Shown piece after piece: positions 28,084 through 42,777 of a stretch of 64,000 nt of DNA. Source of the DNA: Lobosporangium transversale (taxonomy: Eukaryota); the NCBI RefSeq assembly GCF_002105155.1, contig NW_019028982.1, positions 930,001 to 994,000 of the forward strand, given 5' to 3'. The notes under the pieces were generated by a model. That model saw nothing but the letters and a program-made list of their open reading frames with translations, was not told the DNA's origin and ran no database searches. The stretch's first letter is position 1. Each line of letters starts with the position of its first letter. A program made the translations under genes and the position numbers.

Positions 28084-31000
28084 CTAATCCTTCAACTTCA
28101 AGAAGGTATTGATACCGCTTGTAAGTGTGGTAATCTCGGCTTCATAGTCCTTCAACTTGGCAGCGTTCATCTCTCGAATCTCTGCCTTGACCTTGGTCAA
28201 GTATGTGGGGTCCTGAGTCTTCTTAAATAGGTCATCATGTGCCTTCTGGACCTTGGCTAGTTTCTTCTCGATCTTTTGGACCTCCGCATCCACGTCAACC
28301 ATACCCTTGACCAATAAGTAGACAGAGCATCCCTCCTGAACAGTCTGGGAAGCACATCCTTCAGGGATAGCAGCAGCATCTGTCACGACCTTGCAGGATT
28401 TACTACCCTTCGCCAACGTCACAATGCCATCTTCTTCTGACAACAACAGCTTAGCAATCTCAGCTGATCCATGAATAAAGATTTGACCACCCTTGGTCAG
28501 GTTGTAATCAGCCATCAGTGAACGAGCGCTACGGACAACGGCAAAGACCAATTCAAAGTCGGCATCGGCCTTTTCGTCCACATACGAGGGGTTGTGAACG
28601 GGGAAAGGAGACTTGACGATCGTAGGGATCTTGTCACCATCGCGACGAGGAAGACGCTGATACAACTCTTCGGTCAAGAAAGGCATGAAAGGGTGCAGCA
28701 TTCTCAAGGCCGCCTCCAAGCAGGTATAGAGAGTATCCTGAGCAGAGCGCTTAGCAACTTGGTCCGAACCCTCAGTGATGGGTTTAATGATCTCAATATA
28801 GACATCACAGAGTTCGTACAACCAGAACTTGTAGACCGCATCCGTAGCCTTCATGAAATTACGTTGACTGAGCTGCTCATTCAACTCCACGGCAGCAACA
28901 TTGAGCTTGTTGAGAATCCAGCGCTCTGCTAAGCTCTCGCGACCAGATTTGGCTGCAGTGGCATTGGGCAAGAAGCCTTCCTCAAACTTTAAGAGTGCGA
29001 ACCGAGTAGCGTTCCAGAGCTTGTTACAGAATTTGCGGTAACCATCAACACGCAAGATGTCTAAATTGATATCTCTACCAAAGGCAGAGTAGGCACTCAG
29101 GCAGAAACGGAGAGCGTCTGTTCCGCACTCGGGAATACCGTTGGGGAAGTCCATCTTTTGACCCTGCTCAGCCTTGGCAATCTCGCGAGGATCCAAGTTT
29201 CCGATACGCAACTTATCATGGAGGGCTTGGAGAGAAATACCCTCGATAACGTCAATGGGATCGATGACATTACCTAAAGACTTTGACATCTTGCGACCCT
29301 GGGCATCACGAACAAGAGCGTGGCAGTACACTTCTGAGAAAGGGACCTCGCCAGTCATCTTGATACCAAGCATGATCATACGAGCGACCCAGAAGAACAA
29401 AATATCCCAGCCGGTCTCAAGCATAGAGGTAGGATAGAATTTCTTGAAATCCTCCGTCATCTCAGGCCAGCCCATGATGGAGAAGGGCCAGAGACCTGAT
29501 GAGAACCAAGTGTCGAGAACATCGGGGTCCTGCTCCAATGTAAACTTCTTGCCAGGGAACTTCTTCTCAGCATTCTCACGTGCAGCCTGTTCAGAGCGTC
29601 CAGAGACCCAGAACTGGCCATCAGCAAAGTCCTGCTCCACACCTTCGAAGCGCACAAAGTAGGCAGGGATACGATGACCCCACCAGATCTGACGGGAGAT
29701 GCACCAGTCATTGATATTCTCCATCCAGCGATAGAACTCTTTTTCTGAGGTCTGAGGTCTGATCACCACCTTGCCATCTTTGACGGCCTGAAGAGCGTCA
29801 GCAGCCATGTCCTTGCAGTTAACCCACCATTGGGGCTTCATTAAAGGCTCAATGATATCACGAGTCTTGGAGCAGAGAGGAACAGTCATGGCATTGTCAA
29901 CAGTGTCAACATAGAGACCCTTCTCCTTAAGCGCCTTCAGAACAGCAACACGAGCATGGAAACGCTTCATTCCAGAGAATTCACCGCAGTTGTTGTTGAG
30001 AGTGCCGTCATCGTTCAGAATGTTGATAAACTCAAGATTGTGACGTTTTCCAACCTCATAGTCGTTGAAATCGTGAGCAGGAGTAATCTTAACAGCTCCA
30101 GTACCGAAGGCCATGTCAACAACGATGTCATCCAAGACAATAGGGATCCTACGCCCAGAGAAGGGGTGAATAACATATTTGCCATGGAGGTGCTTGTAGC
30201 GCTCGTCCTGTGGATGAATGGCAACAGCAGTATCACCAATCATGGTCTCAATACGAGTGGTGGCGACGACAATCTTCTCATCCGAGTTCTCAACAGGATA
30301 AGCGAACGAAATCAAAACACCAAACTCAAACTTCTCGTTGGGCTCATATCCAGGAACATTCAAAAAGGTGCGTCCAGTCAGTTCCTTATTGTCGACCTCC
30401 AAGTTGGAAAGGGCAGTGTTGAGCTCTGAGCACCAGTTGACAAGACGGGTGGCGCGGTAGATAGTACCCTCCTCATGTAGTCTACAGAAAGCCTCAGTGA
30501 CAGCATGCGAGAGCTTATCACTCAGGGTGAAAGCCTCACGAGACCAGTCATTAGAGGCTCCAAGGCGTCTGATTTGATTATGAATACGTGCCTGGAAAGT
30601 ATCCTTCCATTCCCAAACTTTCTTCACAAAAGCTTCGCGTCCAATATCGTGGCGTGTCTTCTTGCTCTCCTTCCAGAGTTGCTTTTCGACAACCGATTGG
30701 GTTGAAATGCCTGCATGGTCGGTACCAGGATTGAACAAGACAGTCTTACCCAACATCCGATTCCTATTTGGTGGAAGTCAATACATATAACCATGAATAA
30801 CAAATCCAGTATGTCCTTGACACCTTGGTAATAAATTTATCCTTTTTTATCTTTTTATCACATTGTTACTTACCAGCGGCAAAGACCATCTTGGATAGTG
30901 ATAGCTAAAGCGTGTCCAGTGTGCAAGCTTCCAGTGATATTGGGTGGAGGGGCAGGGATGACAAAGACACCCTCTTCCTTGATTTTTCCATCAGCAGTCA

Positions 31001-31465
31001 ATTCAGGCTCAAAGAAACGTTCCTTCTCCCACCAGTCATTCCATGCAGCCTCAACGGCCCTGGGGTTGTAAGTGGCAGCCATCGGCTGAGACATGTCCTT
31101 CTTTTGACCCTTGGGAGTTGTGTTCACAAACTCAGGCACAGGAGCAGCAGCAGGAGTAGAAGCAGTGACTTTCTCAATCTTGGTCTTTCCCTTGACAGGA
31201 GTGGCAGCAGTCTTTTCTGCAGCAGCCTATTAAAGTATTTTCGGAAATTTAATACTGTGCGCTTTTAAAATAAGTCATCAATTGCATACTTTTTTAATCT
31301 GCCCTATTGTCTACAATTTACCTTCTGCTTCGCCAGGAATTTTTCCATCTTTGCAAGACGCTTGGCCTCATTCTTGTCAGCGTTCTTTGACTTCTCAACA
31401 GGAGCCTCTGCGTTAGCAGCAGCAGCAGCAGCAGGGGGCACAGCAGTAGCGTTGTTGTCGGCCAT
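28084..31465 (-). CDS. VAS1: Valyl-tRNA synthetase, multi-exon
   Basis: PPPNITGSLHTGHA (HIGH-like), GTDHAGI, WCISRQIWWGHRIP, DVLDTWFSS, KMSKS, GTDALRF. Start MADNNATA at 31465. Confidence 0.97.
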
Positions 31466-32016
31466 TGTTTAAAACCTCGATTATCTTTTGGCTGTAGTAG
31501 TAGTTATGGTAATAGCAGTGATGATAGTTGATATTTCGGTATTGTTGGTGTCGTTGTAATAAGTAAAAGTATGCAGCAAAAAAAAAAATAAATAAATAAG
31601 AAAAGAATGAGTTCAGTCAAGAGTTTTTTTTGTGAAAAGCAATCGTGGGAAAATAGAGAGGAAGCAGTGCCATGTATGAGCCTTTTTTATATGAAGCAAA
31701 CTTTTAAGAGACAATTCCATTCGACCATGCACTAATGCTGATGCCATGACTCACCGAAACAAAGGACGAGCAAGGGAGGAAGAACGAACAGAGACTTCAA
31801 GTGTCTCGACTCAGTCATATTACAAGGTAAACAATATCACGTGGTTCGCTACGCCACTTCCCCCCTTCCCCCACACTTATATTGGTGGCGAAGCTAATAA
31901 CAAAATAAATTCTGTGGCAATGTCTCAAGAGATGAGTAAATTGACAGTGTCAAAATCCAGTTGACTCATTTTACACATTGTTATTGCTTTATTAAGAAAA
32001 GAATGGAATCGAGCTA

Positions 32017-33817
32017 TTAAATAGCATTGGCTACCTTAACTGATGGCCCATATCCTGTATTAATAGATGCTCGTGCTTTAACCCCAGTGGGAATAGAATG
32101 ACCATTCGGGCTAAATCCACCTCCGTTATTTGCTCCAGCTTCCCCCTCGCCTGCTTGATTGGCAGTACTATTACTAGCCGGCGCCGCATTTCCATAGCGC
32201 CCTTTCATGATCCACATCATGTATGCATCATAACGGGCTTTAGTACCTGAACTGGCCCCCCAGTAAGGATTGAGGCTAGTCTGCCCCACAGTGTAGAGAG
32301 TCAGCTTAGGCAACTCAACATGGGCATGGTATAAGATCATTTCGGATTCGCTGGGCGGTTTGATGGTCACCTGCGGAGTTGCCAGCAAGATGGGTGGGTC
32401 CGGCAGGTAATCCGAGATATTATAACGATCTTCCTCCTCAGTGCCCTGTTCAGCATGCTGACATTCTGACTGCTGTTGTTGAGGTTGAGAGCTTGAGCCA
32501 TCGACATCCGTAGGAAATGAAATGACTGTTGTTTGTCCAGATGACTCTGCTGAAAGAGGGGACAGCGCGGTAGGCGACGGATTTGAGGCTCCATTGTCAT
32601 TGAAAACATTACTAGTCTGCTTTTCATTAATTTTTGAAGTCGTTGAAATGTCCGTTTGAAGAGGTTTCTCGACTCTTTTGGTGCTAGCGCGTAATATCGC
32701 ATAGTAATACTCATCCTCTTCATTAAGTTCAGTCGTTCCGATGGTTGTTGTTGAAGTCGATGATCCTCCGCGTTGAAGCCTGCTCAGGGTTGGCCTTGTT
32801 GTTGGCATTGAGTTGAAGGACGATAAGGACGTATTTGGATACTTGCTATCAACATAATCCCCAGATGAATCTTGTTGCATCGGGCTGGTTCTGCTTGAGA
32901 ATGATTCATGCTTAGGTATTGTAGCTGTAGTAGTGTTGTATGGGGTACCAAGAAGCCAGCTATTCTTATGGCGCCCTTGACCGGATGCATTTCCTTTGGT
33001 TGAGACAGAGTCGAACCTGATCGATTTGAATTGCTTGGCATAGCTGTTAATAATAAAAATGATTAACAGTAGCGATGATAGAAGGGGGTGTTAGTGGTTT
33101 TGCACTATAATGAAGTTCCATCAAGTTAATATAGCTATGTGTTTAGTATCAGTACCGTTTGTACTCATTAAGCTCATGGGGTGATACATGGGACTTCAGT
33201 GATCGTCTTACAATCTCCTCCATAGGTGACCGCCCCTTGGCTCCAACCTCAGTAGAGGCTACAGTTGAGGCTCCGTCTTTGTGAATATCTTCAGCCCCAG
33301 AAGCTCCCTTTTCATCCACCAGATCTGACGGCTTGTCCGATTTAGGTACAAAGGACGTGTCATGAATTGCATATTTGGGCAGATTCGTTGAGACATTCTT
33401 CGTAAGCTCAAATACTTTTTCTTTGGACAATGGGACATGTGCCGGTAAGCGGACTTTTTTAACTTGACCCTGCTGTTGATCGCGCGCCCGGAGAGCCGCT
33501 GCCGTCGCTGATTTTTCGTCAAACTCATGGGTTATTGATGATGGAAAGGAAGTGATGGACAGACGGCTCCCACGAGCATGTCGTGCAACGCCATCCTTGT
33601 GCTCATGGCTGTGACCTTTTTCTTGGAATGTAGGGTCATCGTCCAAGCTTGAGATAATTCCCTTTCTACGCCCACTGCTCACAGGCAACGTTTTAGAGCC
33701 AGCTTTAGCATTTTTGTTTTTGTCGCTGCTTCCAGTAAGCCAGCCGAGCATCGACCTCCTTTCAGATTTCGCAGCAGCCTTTGCACTATGGTAATATTAT
33801 TCGAATATTAAACTCCG

Positions 33818-33851
<34 letters not shown>

Positions 33852-36800
33852 GTTGCAATGCTTCTACATGAGGCACATACTTAATCTCCGTTTGCGACGG
33901 GGGGTTATGGATCTGGCGCACTTCGAATGGACTTTGTTCTGATGTATTCTTGATGCTAATATATTATTGCGATAGGTCCATCTTAATTATGAGGCTTTCA
34001 GATGAATGGTGCATCGGCTGTAAAAGAGAACTAAAAACGATCCTATATCTTACTTTGATGGCATAAGTCGACTTGTCGAGGTCATGTTGTATGCAAACAG
34101 CAACTGAAAAGACGTTAGCGCCTTTGGCCGATAATATTCGTCCCAATACTCTTCCCATTCTATCGATACAGGATCGCCATTGAAATTATCACAGGACTCG
34201 ACTCCATCATATACAAGCTTTTCTCCTTTTGATAATAATGCTGAAGAACTTGATCTGTCTCCATAGCCTATAAATGACGAGGAAAGCGATGATCTTGATG
34301 CAGACGCCCTCAAGCGTGGATGCTGGTATCGTTGCATGGACAACACTGAAGACGATGGCGACTTTGGTTTACTTTCCTCTGAGATCTGTGGATTAACGTG
34401 CATAACAAGGGGTGGAACGACTCGCTCGCTGAAATCTAGTAAGCCTTCATCTTGCAGTGAAGTCTGCTCCGAGCTTAGTGACTCTCTTTTGCCTTGCGAG
34501 CCCAGGAGAGAAAGGGTTGGATCCAGCTTTGTAATTTGCGTAATGGGTTCAGATTCATCCTCCTGTTGCAGCGATCCAGAAAATCCGACAGTAGAATTTA
34601 CAGTATCAATACGACTATCCTTCTCAGATGTTTGTTTGGTATTTCCAGAGAGGTTTCCTTCTAGTTCAGATTGGGGTGCTTTGATTTTCTGATAATCAGG
34701 GAGACCCCCTGATTCAGTGGAATCATAGCCAACGGTGTTGTTTTGATCTGATTCCATGAAAGGCTCATATTGATCATCAACATATCCGTCGTTATATTCA
34801 TCTGCATATTCTGGGAAATAATCATACCCAGAATCATATTCATAAGTATGATCATGAGTTATTTGAAAGCTCTTTCGTGCCAAGACATCCTGAGGAAGTA
34901 ATGCATCAGGACTCCACCATCTGATATAGCACTTCCGAATGCTTTTAAGCTCAGGAACGGTAGTATTGTGAAGATGGTAGTCTCCCGGGAGCTCCCATAA
35001 CGCAGGGCCAACGCCTTTCTGAACACGATAGTTCCCCAAGAATAAGTTCATAGCATCCTGTTTTTCCGCATCTAAAAAATAGAATTGAAAAATATCTATG
35101 AAAATCTTGACCGCAGGGCAGAGACGCGTTCCATTTCTGATTTAAAGCCAGGCTAAAAGTTCATACCCACAAAGCTATTGCTATAGAATCTCTTGATGCT
35201 CTCGATCATATCACGACTATTGCTTGTCCATTGATTAATCTTCCGATAGGTCTCCATAGTGTTGACTAAATGTGATCCACCATACTGTAGAGCAATTGTA
35301 TCACCATGGTCGTGATACATCTCAGTCAACATGTTGACTGCATCGCAATCAAAAGGCACTACAGGCTCAGAAATCAGACCTAGTGAAAAGAGCTGGAATC
35401 CACATACGAAGTCAGAGGGAGAGAGTGAGAAAAGGTATTTTGTCCGCTAAATTCAACTGCTTCTTATTCAAGAAAGATATTTGTTTGATTACTTGGTGTC
35501 CAAGTGCGCACTTGGCAATGATGAATTGCGCTGCATTTGTTCGATCCAGACAATCAATACAGTTGGTACGAACAACACCGTTTTGCCATCCTGATCCAAA
35601 AGGAATATTTTGTTTGTGCTTGCCTTCCGGGTCTTGACTGTAACCACTGTGGAAAAAGCCTGTTCGGGCGAACGTCTTTTCAGCAATGATTTCTAAAACC
35701 GAAATGACATTTTCGTCCGGACTAGATTATTTTAAGAATTCATATCCATATTATATACGTGTTTGCTGCTGTTAGTGGTTTCTTAAATATCCATGTTGTC
35801 CATGTTCGCCATTAATGATAAAGCAAGCATACCTTTTGGAAGCTCTCGACATGTCCCATTTTATATGCCAGATTTTTTTGTCTTCGGGCAAGAACTGGTT
35901 CAAATACTCAATACAGTCGGTAAATTCACTCAGTAATATCGACTCTCGGGGAGTCTTCTCCTTAGCTTTGATAAGATTCAGGACAATGCAGGGGGCACCA
36001 TATCGTTTGAACATATCGTCAAAGTGAAATGCAGCAGCCGTAAAGTATGGATCGATGACATTGAGCGCTATGGCAGGTTTGGGAGTCATGTTGGTTGAAT
36101 CCTGGGTCCAGTACAGAGGAATAGATCCACGGTGTTGAACAAAAGAGGTGTGATTGGGATTTGCACTTAAAGCCCCAGCAGCGTAGAATGATGTTACTGA
36201 CATTTCCGAAACTATTTGCTCGGTTTCAACATCGTTAGCTACATATCCCTATTATCCCAAAATTATATATAAGGTAGATGTCATATTGATTAAAGAGCAA
36301 TTACTCTTGAGTAATAACATAGACCTAAACACGGAGCCACACACATATAAAGATAATGCACATACTCTATCGTTGACCCCACGCTTCAAGAAGCGAGCTC
36401 CAGCAAAGTACCTAGATCTCCGGGCAATCAACGTAATGAAGACATTGCGTCCGAGGATTGAAAGTTCTATTTGAAAAAGTTCAGTCAGATCTTTATAAGT
36501 TTCTAGACGTGCAACAAGATGAAGATGATGAACAAGCAAAAAAGGACCTACTTGACTGATCCACAAAGCCATACATGATAGGTAATGCCCATTGGCTCTC
36601 AATTCCGGACTCTCCGAATCCGTTCTCTAGCAAGTACTGATTCCACACAAACATCCGGTTGCGGCCCTCGGCCTGTGGATTTCTGCTCATGTTCCATTGT
36701 AGGGTTCTTGTGATATCGTACGAGTATGAGAAATAAAAGTTTTTTGACAAATCCACCATTTGAAACATTTGAAGGTACCGTGCTTCGTCCGAGTTTTTGT

Positions 36801-37417
36801 CTAATTTCGAAGTTGGTGTTGTGGATGAGTGAATAGAGATGGTCATGGTGGCCTCGATATGAAAGACGTAATGGCCCCCAATTAACGCGACAGGGCTTCG
36901 TTTGGTGACCAAGATGATATAGTAGCCTTCTGTAAATCGGACAAAACCGACAATGCCATAAAATTTGGTAATATCACGCCTTCCACCTGTAGACTTGTTG
37001 GCATGTTTAATCATCTCGAGGAGGTCATCGACTTCGGGTTTTGTGTATTCTCCCTCATCCTCTGTGATGTTGAGTTCATCTCGTGGTGTAGTTCTGTCAA
37101 TTTTAAGCACACGAAACTTTGTCGCAGCGGGCGCATTCGTTCCTACAATGTAAAATCTCTTTTCTCAAAATGTTTCCCCAAACGAATCTAGTCAGCCATT
37201 GACACTGACTATTGCGTTTTAATAAAAAAAAGAAAAAAGAAAAAGAAAAACTGTAGCATCATCATTGTCATGGCTGGCGTACATGTTTTGTCTCATATAA
37301 GAAGAAGCTGTTGAGAATTGTTTGACCTGACTTTGCGGGCGGAGGTGGAAATACAAGTGGGGGAAATTCAGTCATACTGGCATGACTGGGTGTCGATGGC
37401 TTTTCTGGAACAACCAT
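32017..37417 (-). CDS. FIG4: SAC-domain polyphosphoinositide 5-phosphatase, multi-exon
   Basis: [28 protein letters not shown], catalytic [15 protein letters not shown] (minus strand ~35530-35570), [12 protein letters not shown] and [16 protein letters not shown]. Confidence 0.9.
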
Positions 37418-39086
37418 GTTGGTTACAAACTAACATGGGCTCTTTTGTGGTTCCTTTTTTCTTTATTCTCTGATGACACAAGCACAGTACAATTGAGCGA
37501 TGGTTTGATGCAATGTTTAAAAAAAAAGAAAAAAGAAAAAAAAAAAAAAAAAAAATAGGGAGTAAAGGTTTTTAATCGCTTATTCGAGATTTTTTATGGA
37601 CAACATGATTGATGCACCTGGACGTAATGCCTAGACGCGTGTCTATAGAAGAGGTGCGTATGAGGAATAGGAGGAGAGTCGAGTCAATGCTAAAAAGGAG
37701 GACATTGGCATTGCTCCCCTTCTTTCAATATGCACTCCGCAATTTGTGTATCATATTTTCTTCTCGCTTGAAGATGTTGAAGATCCGAACCGGGTTTTGC
37801 AAAGCAAGACAAGATGTTCATGGGTATTTACACAAGAAATAAATATATATATATATTTTTAGTCTAGCCTTTTCTGATCGTCTCCATGTCCAAGAGGGTC
37901 CTGATGATTCCTCAGAATAAGACACAGGTTGGATGTAATATAAATTGGCATCCCTTGCAGTAAAAAGAAGTTTTTTTTTTATTACGGTTGATGTACATCT
38001 TTGCAGAGTCCCCAGGAGAATGCTCTCCTCTCTCTTGTAAAATCAAATCCAGAACCAATAACATGGGGTGCTCTTTCTTTCTTTCTTTTCATTAATTACT
38101 CACAGCCCTTCTTTTCACCTTCACTCTTCAGTCTCTCCACTCTCACTCTCACTCTCTCGTACTTTCTCATATTCTCTCATAATCTTTCATCTCCCTCACC
38201 CTCCCCTTTCGTATATACTCTACTCCATCCACACTTTACAACACTGACATCTGTCCTATCGCAAAAGGAAAAAGAATTAAAAGCACAAAGCACAAGGAGC
38301 CACTCTTTATCCCATCCCCAGGGTGAGTTTCTTGTTATGAACCAATCCACTTTGCATACCCTTCTTAAACAAGCCTTTTTCACCTTTTTTTTTTTTTATT
38401 TTTCCTTTTTATTTGTATACACAGTACGCAAGTGTGACAACTGCATGACTTCCCCATTGATTTTCTCACTCTTCTTCTTCCATTGCAAGACCATTCACAG
38501 TGAATTGGACCTCGAGTTGAATTCTAATCTCTTTTCTTTTTCTTTTTTTTTTTTTTTTTTTTTCTTTTTGTTTTCTGTTCCCAGCAAATTTTGATCTTTA
38601 CTCATTATTAAACATTAATTGACAAAAGAAAACCATTCCAACTTCAACTCTTGAACCTGGGGCGGTGTCTCTGTGGACCTCCGCGGCAGTGAACATGGTA
38701 AAATCACACTGGGCTATTAACAGAATAGACGAGTCTTTTTTTATTTATTTCAGGGACCAAGGCAGTTTGTTGCCACAAATTGTTCATTAGTTGGTACCTT
38801 GTTGGCCCTGACTCTCTTCGTCTTCTTCTTGTTCATTAGACAGCTGGCTGTGGATCCTCAACTGATATCGAGTCCTGTTCTCCCTTCAATATCCAATCGC
38901 CACATCTTGATGTATGTTGTTTTATTCTTTTCTTTCTTTTCTTTTCTTTATTTTTTTGCTCATATTTTTCTTCTCAACTGTCGGTCACATTTCCTGTTAA
39001 CCTATACCATATCATGACGGCCTCCTCCACTCTGGGTCCGGACAATCTGACTCAACTCTCTGACCCCAGTTCTATTATTTCTGTCT

Positions 39087-39121
<35 letters not shown>

Positions 39122-39408
39122 CTAGTTCTCGTTTTTGTCATCGTATGATACAGCCAAGGATCATTACGTAGGTCCTCTTTTTTCTTTTTTTTTTTTTTTT
39201 TTTTTTCTTTTCTCTTTTATTTTATTTTATTTTATTTTTTTTATTTTTTTATTTTTTTTTACCTACTGAACATCTTTCCGGTTTTCTCCAGATGATTGCG
39301 GGCAAACTCTCAACTTTACATCCGTTTTGTACCCACTTTATTCAACAAACACACCCATTTTAAACATTATAGGTACCGGCACTCTTCAATGCCACATCCT
39401 CGAACGAT

Positions 39409-41865
39409 ATGACATCTCTCAGCCATGCTGGGGACAACACCTCGGATACTTCCCCAACCACGGACCAAGTTGCACCCAGAAAAAGAATGCGTGGTGAACG
39501 AATCGTCTGGACTCCAGAAGAGGACGAACACCTGCGCAGAGCTGTTCAAATATATGGTGACAAGACGGAAAAATGGGCAAAAATCGCTGCATGTGTTCCA
39601 GGAAGGACTAATAAGAACTGCCGCAAGCGCTGGTTCCATTCATTGGACCCTAGCCTAAAAAAAGGAGGCTGGACTCCAGAAGAGGACCAGCTGCTCAGAA
39701 CAGGTGTTCAAAAATTCCGTGGTCAATGGAGCAAAATTGCAGAACGTATCCAGGGCAGGACAGACGATCAATGCGCTAAGCGCTGGCGAGAGAGTTTGGA
39801 CCCGGACATCGACCGTGCAGCGTGGACACCTGAAGATGACCTTTTGTTACTACAAAAGTTTGAGGAGTACGGGACTCAATGGCAAAAGATAGCCGCAGTA
39901 TCTTTCCCAGGCAGACCAGGACTCCACTGTCGAAATCGATGGCGTAAGATTCAGCGAAGCTTAAACCAAATGCAACGAGCTAACAAGCGGCGGCGAAATC
40001 CGACAAAAGATAGTACATCGGGGACAGGGCAAAATGCAGATAGTCAGCATGACCATGATAGTACATCAGGAAAAAACTCTTCCGAGTCGGTTCTCCGACA
40101 GACGCCTTCTGATGATTATAATATGAGAAATGGATGTATAGACGGCGATGATCTTACAGAAAATAGAAGCGATTCCAATCCAGATGAAGAAAAGCCATAC
40201 GGATGTGCTATCCCGGACTGTGGTTATGAGAGTTCGTCACCCTCGCTACTTTACTATCATTTCAAGGCTTCACACCATGGGACAACAGTTTTGAAGCCAT
40301 TTCGGTGCACTATGCCTGGATGTGAAGATCGTAAACGATACAAAAACATCAACGGGCTTCAATACCACGTCAACCATGCAAAGAACTCACTTGGCCATTG
40401 TGGGCATGGTGGTGAAATTTCAGAGAAGGATTCTCAGCCTACGATGCCTGAAACTCCCTCGGCGTCAGCGTCGCCGTCCTTCACTTCTTCAGTAACTACT
40501 CCAACAGGAGAAGTTTTATCAGCTATTCCAAAAGACACTTTTACAATACATCCTTCAGCCATTACCGGATCCATTAGCACCTCCCATACCCTGCTTCCCA
40601 CTCCTGTTCAACGTCAATCGCTGATTTCAAACCCTTTCTCGCCACCTGTGATGACACACCAGGCCTTTAATATCCCGCATACCCCCGAGTCCATGGAGGA
40701 AAGTTCTGTATCGCCACTCATCCCATGCGATATTTCCATATCCCAATCCCATTCAGCTTCTTTCCAGTGCCCTGAGCTCGGATGTGGACAGATGCTTCAT
40801 TCATTACCAGGTCTGACATCACATATGGCCAACAATCATGGGCATCAATCTATAACCATGGAGAGTAGCAATGAGACTTTGGCCCCTACGCTCACCAATA
40901 CATTTGGATCTGAATCAATCGCAATTCCTGAAAGCGACTTTGATGATGTTGACATGAACATGGATATGGATATGGATATGGATATGGATATGGCGTATCT
41001 TGCATCCACAGGCTCATCGCCTATCTTAAACCCATCCAATATCCTCCTCATGAACGACCCTCAATATCAAATAAAGGATTTACAGGATCAGATGGAGAAG
41101 CTCACACAGGACCATGAGGCATTGGACCTTGGGGATGATAATATTCAATTACTACCATCTATGCAGGATATGGACATCCTTTCATTGAATGAATTTTTAT
41201 TTGCCAATTACATCACAAACTCTCTTAACGCCCTAGATAGCGCTAGTATCAGCACCGCCTTTAGCAACAGAATTCATTTTGGAACACATATCAACATTAG
41301 TGCAAATGACGTGTTGACTTTACCATCAACACCAATGACGTCTGCAAATGTCAGTCCAAGGCTGTCCGCAGCTGCTGTCAGTATACCATCCGCAGCCTTC
41401 GTTGGTGCGTCCTTAGTAGGCAAACAAGGCGCTGCATCCGTAGCTATTGCCAAATCTGATGCTAATCTGGCAACCAAGAAATTTCCGTGCTTGGCAGCGG
41501 GCTGCCCCAAGACGTACGGAAGCACTAGCGCAATGAGAGCACATATGAAGAACGAGCACCCAGATCTCTACACTAAATCTACAAGAGCAAAGAGTGTTAA
41601 CGCCACTGTTTCAACTCCTGGGGTAGCTTCATCTATGTCCCCTAATTTCTGTGCAGGCATAGTGATACCATTGACCAATGACAACGACATTCATGGAGAC
41701 AATCAGATCAAGCAGAAGCTAGCCAGAAAGCAGGATGACAGTTTGGAGAAACTATTCAAATGTCTGGTACCCGGATGTGGCAAGGCATACAAGAACATCA
41801 ACGGTCTCAAGAATCATCTTCTGCAAGCGCATGGATCCACTCCATCTAAAAAAGCCGCTAATTGA
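39409..41865 (+). CDS. Transcription factor with three Myb repeats and multiple C2H2 zinc fingers
   Basis: WTPEEDEHL/WTPEEDQLL/WTPEDDLLL Myb repeats. C-x4-C...H-x4-H fingers including KRYKNINGLQYH and KAYKNINGLKNH. Confidence 0.9.
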   Translation: MTSLSHAGDNTSDTSPTTDQVAPRKRMRGERIVWTPEEDEHLRRAVQIYGDKTEKWAKIAACVPGRTNKNCRKRWFHSLDPSLKKGGWTPEEDQLLRTGVQKFRGQWSKIAERIQGRTDDQCAKRWRESLDPDIDRAAWTPEDDLLLLQKFEEYGTQWQKIAAVSFPGRPGLHCRNRWRKIQRSLNQMQRANKRRRNPTKDSTSGTGQNADSQHDHDSTSGKNSSESVLRQTPSDDYNMRNGCIDGDDLTENRSDSNPDEEKPYGCAIPDCGYESSSPSLLYYHFKASHHGTTVLKPFRCTMPGCEDRKRYKNINGLQYHVNHAKNSLGHCGHGGEISEKDSQPTMPETPSASASPSFTSSVTTPTGEVLSAIPKDTFTIHPSAITGSISTSHTLLPTPVQRQSLISNPFSPPVMTHQAFNIPHTPESMEESSVSPLIPCDISISQSHSASFQCPELGCGQMLHSLPGLTSHMANNHGHQSITMESSNETLAPTLTNTFGSESIAIPESDFDDVDMNMDMDMDMDMDMAYLASTGSSPILNPSNILLMNDPQYQIKDLQDQMEKLTQDHEALDLGDDNIQLLPSMQDMDILSLNEFLFANYITNSLNALDSASISTAFSNRIHFGTHINISANDVLTLPSTPMTSANVSPRLSAAAVSIPSAAFVGASLVGKQGAASVAIAKSDANLATKKFPCLAAGCPKTYGSTSAMRAHMKNEHPDLYTKSTRAKSVNATVSTPGVASSMSPNFCAGIVIPLTNDNDIHGDNQIKQKLARKQDDSLEKLFKCLVPGCGKAYKNINGLKNHLLQAHGSTPSKKAAN

Positions 41866-42777
41866 TCCTTTATTCTTTCTCTCTCTAAAATCCATCCATT
41901 ATTCTGAGCATTGCAATCCCTAATGTACATAAAAAATCGAGTTTAATAATTGCTTTTGCTTGGAAAAGAAAAAAAAAAAAAAAAAAATGAAAGTTAGAGA
42001 GTAATAAATTTTTTTATTTTTTTTTTTTTCATCTAAAAATTGATTCACCGCATTGTCTTCTGTTTTGGGTATCCTCAAACTCCGAAGGTATCACTGGGCC
42101 CGTGCATTGAGTCATATGAGCTTGCCCTTAAAATTGTAGAAAAATGATGGTAGCGATTACAAAGTGCTAATCGACATTCACTCTTTTGTGTATTCCTTCT
42201 TTTAAAATAAGCTTCAAGACAGGGAAAGATAATGCTCCAGGTCGTTATGTTAGCTAGCTTAGTCAGTAGCTATTGTCGGGATATGTTTAGCAACGCTACT
42301 AAAAAAGAAAAAGAGGGGATGTGGTGCCTTTTACCATCGTCAATCTGAGCTCACAATAAACCAACCACTGTGGACCATGGCATTAACCATCAACCATATT
42401 TTAGGCACTGGAATTTTGACTAAAATGAAGGTCAGTGTAAGTTATTATTGATATTAGTTTCCATTCCCTCGCTTCTCATAGTTATGCAGAGACGACCTTG
42501 AGGTGTACACTTTGGCCAAAACGTGGTAGGTGAAGAAGGTGCCAGGAACAGGCATTGATTGCCTCATTCGGATGATGTCGGTTTTTTTTTTTTTTTTTTT
42601 TTTAATAAACGACAATGGAACTTCTTCCTGTGAATCGCGCCATCGCTTGAATATTTTTAACTCTTTAAAAAGAAGTACTTTAAACCTCTTTGGTAATATC
42701 AGTAGTAGTATATAAAAAATAAAAAAAATAAAAAAAAAAGAAGTTGCCCATTTCCTTACATCAACTTCATTTACACA

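Noticed and set aside
31466..31620. Non-AUG N-terminal mitochondrial extension of ValRS
   Set aside because: In-frame TAA two codons upstream of the ATG.
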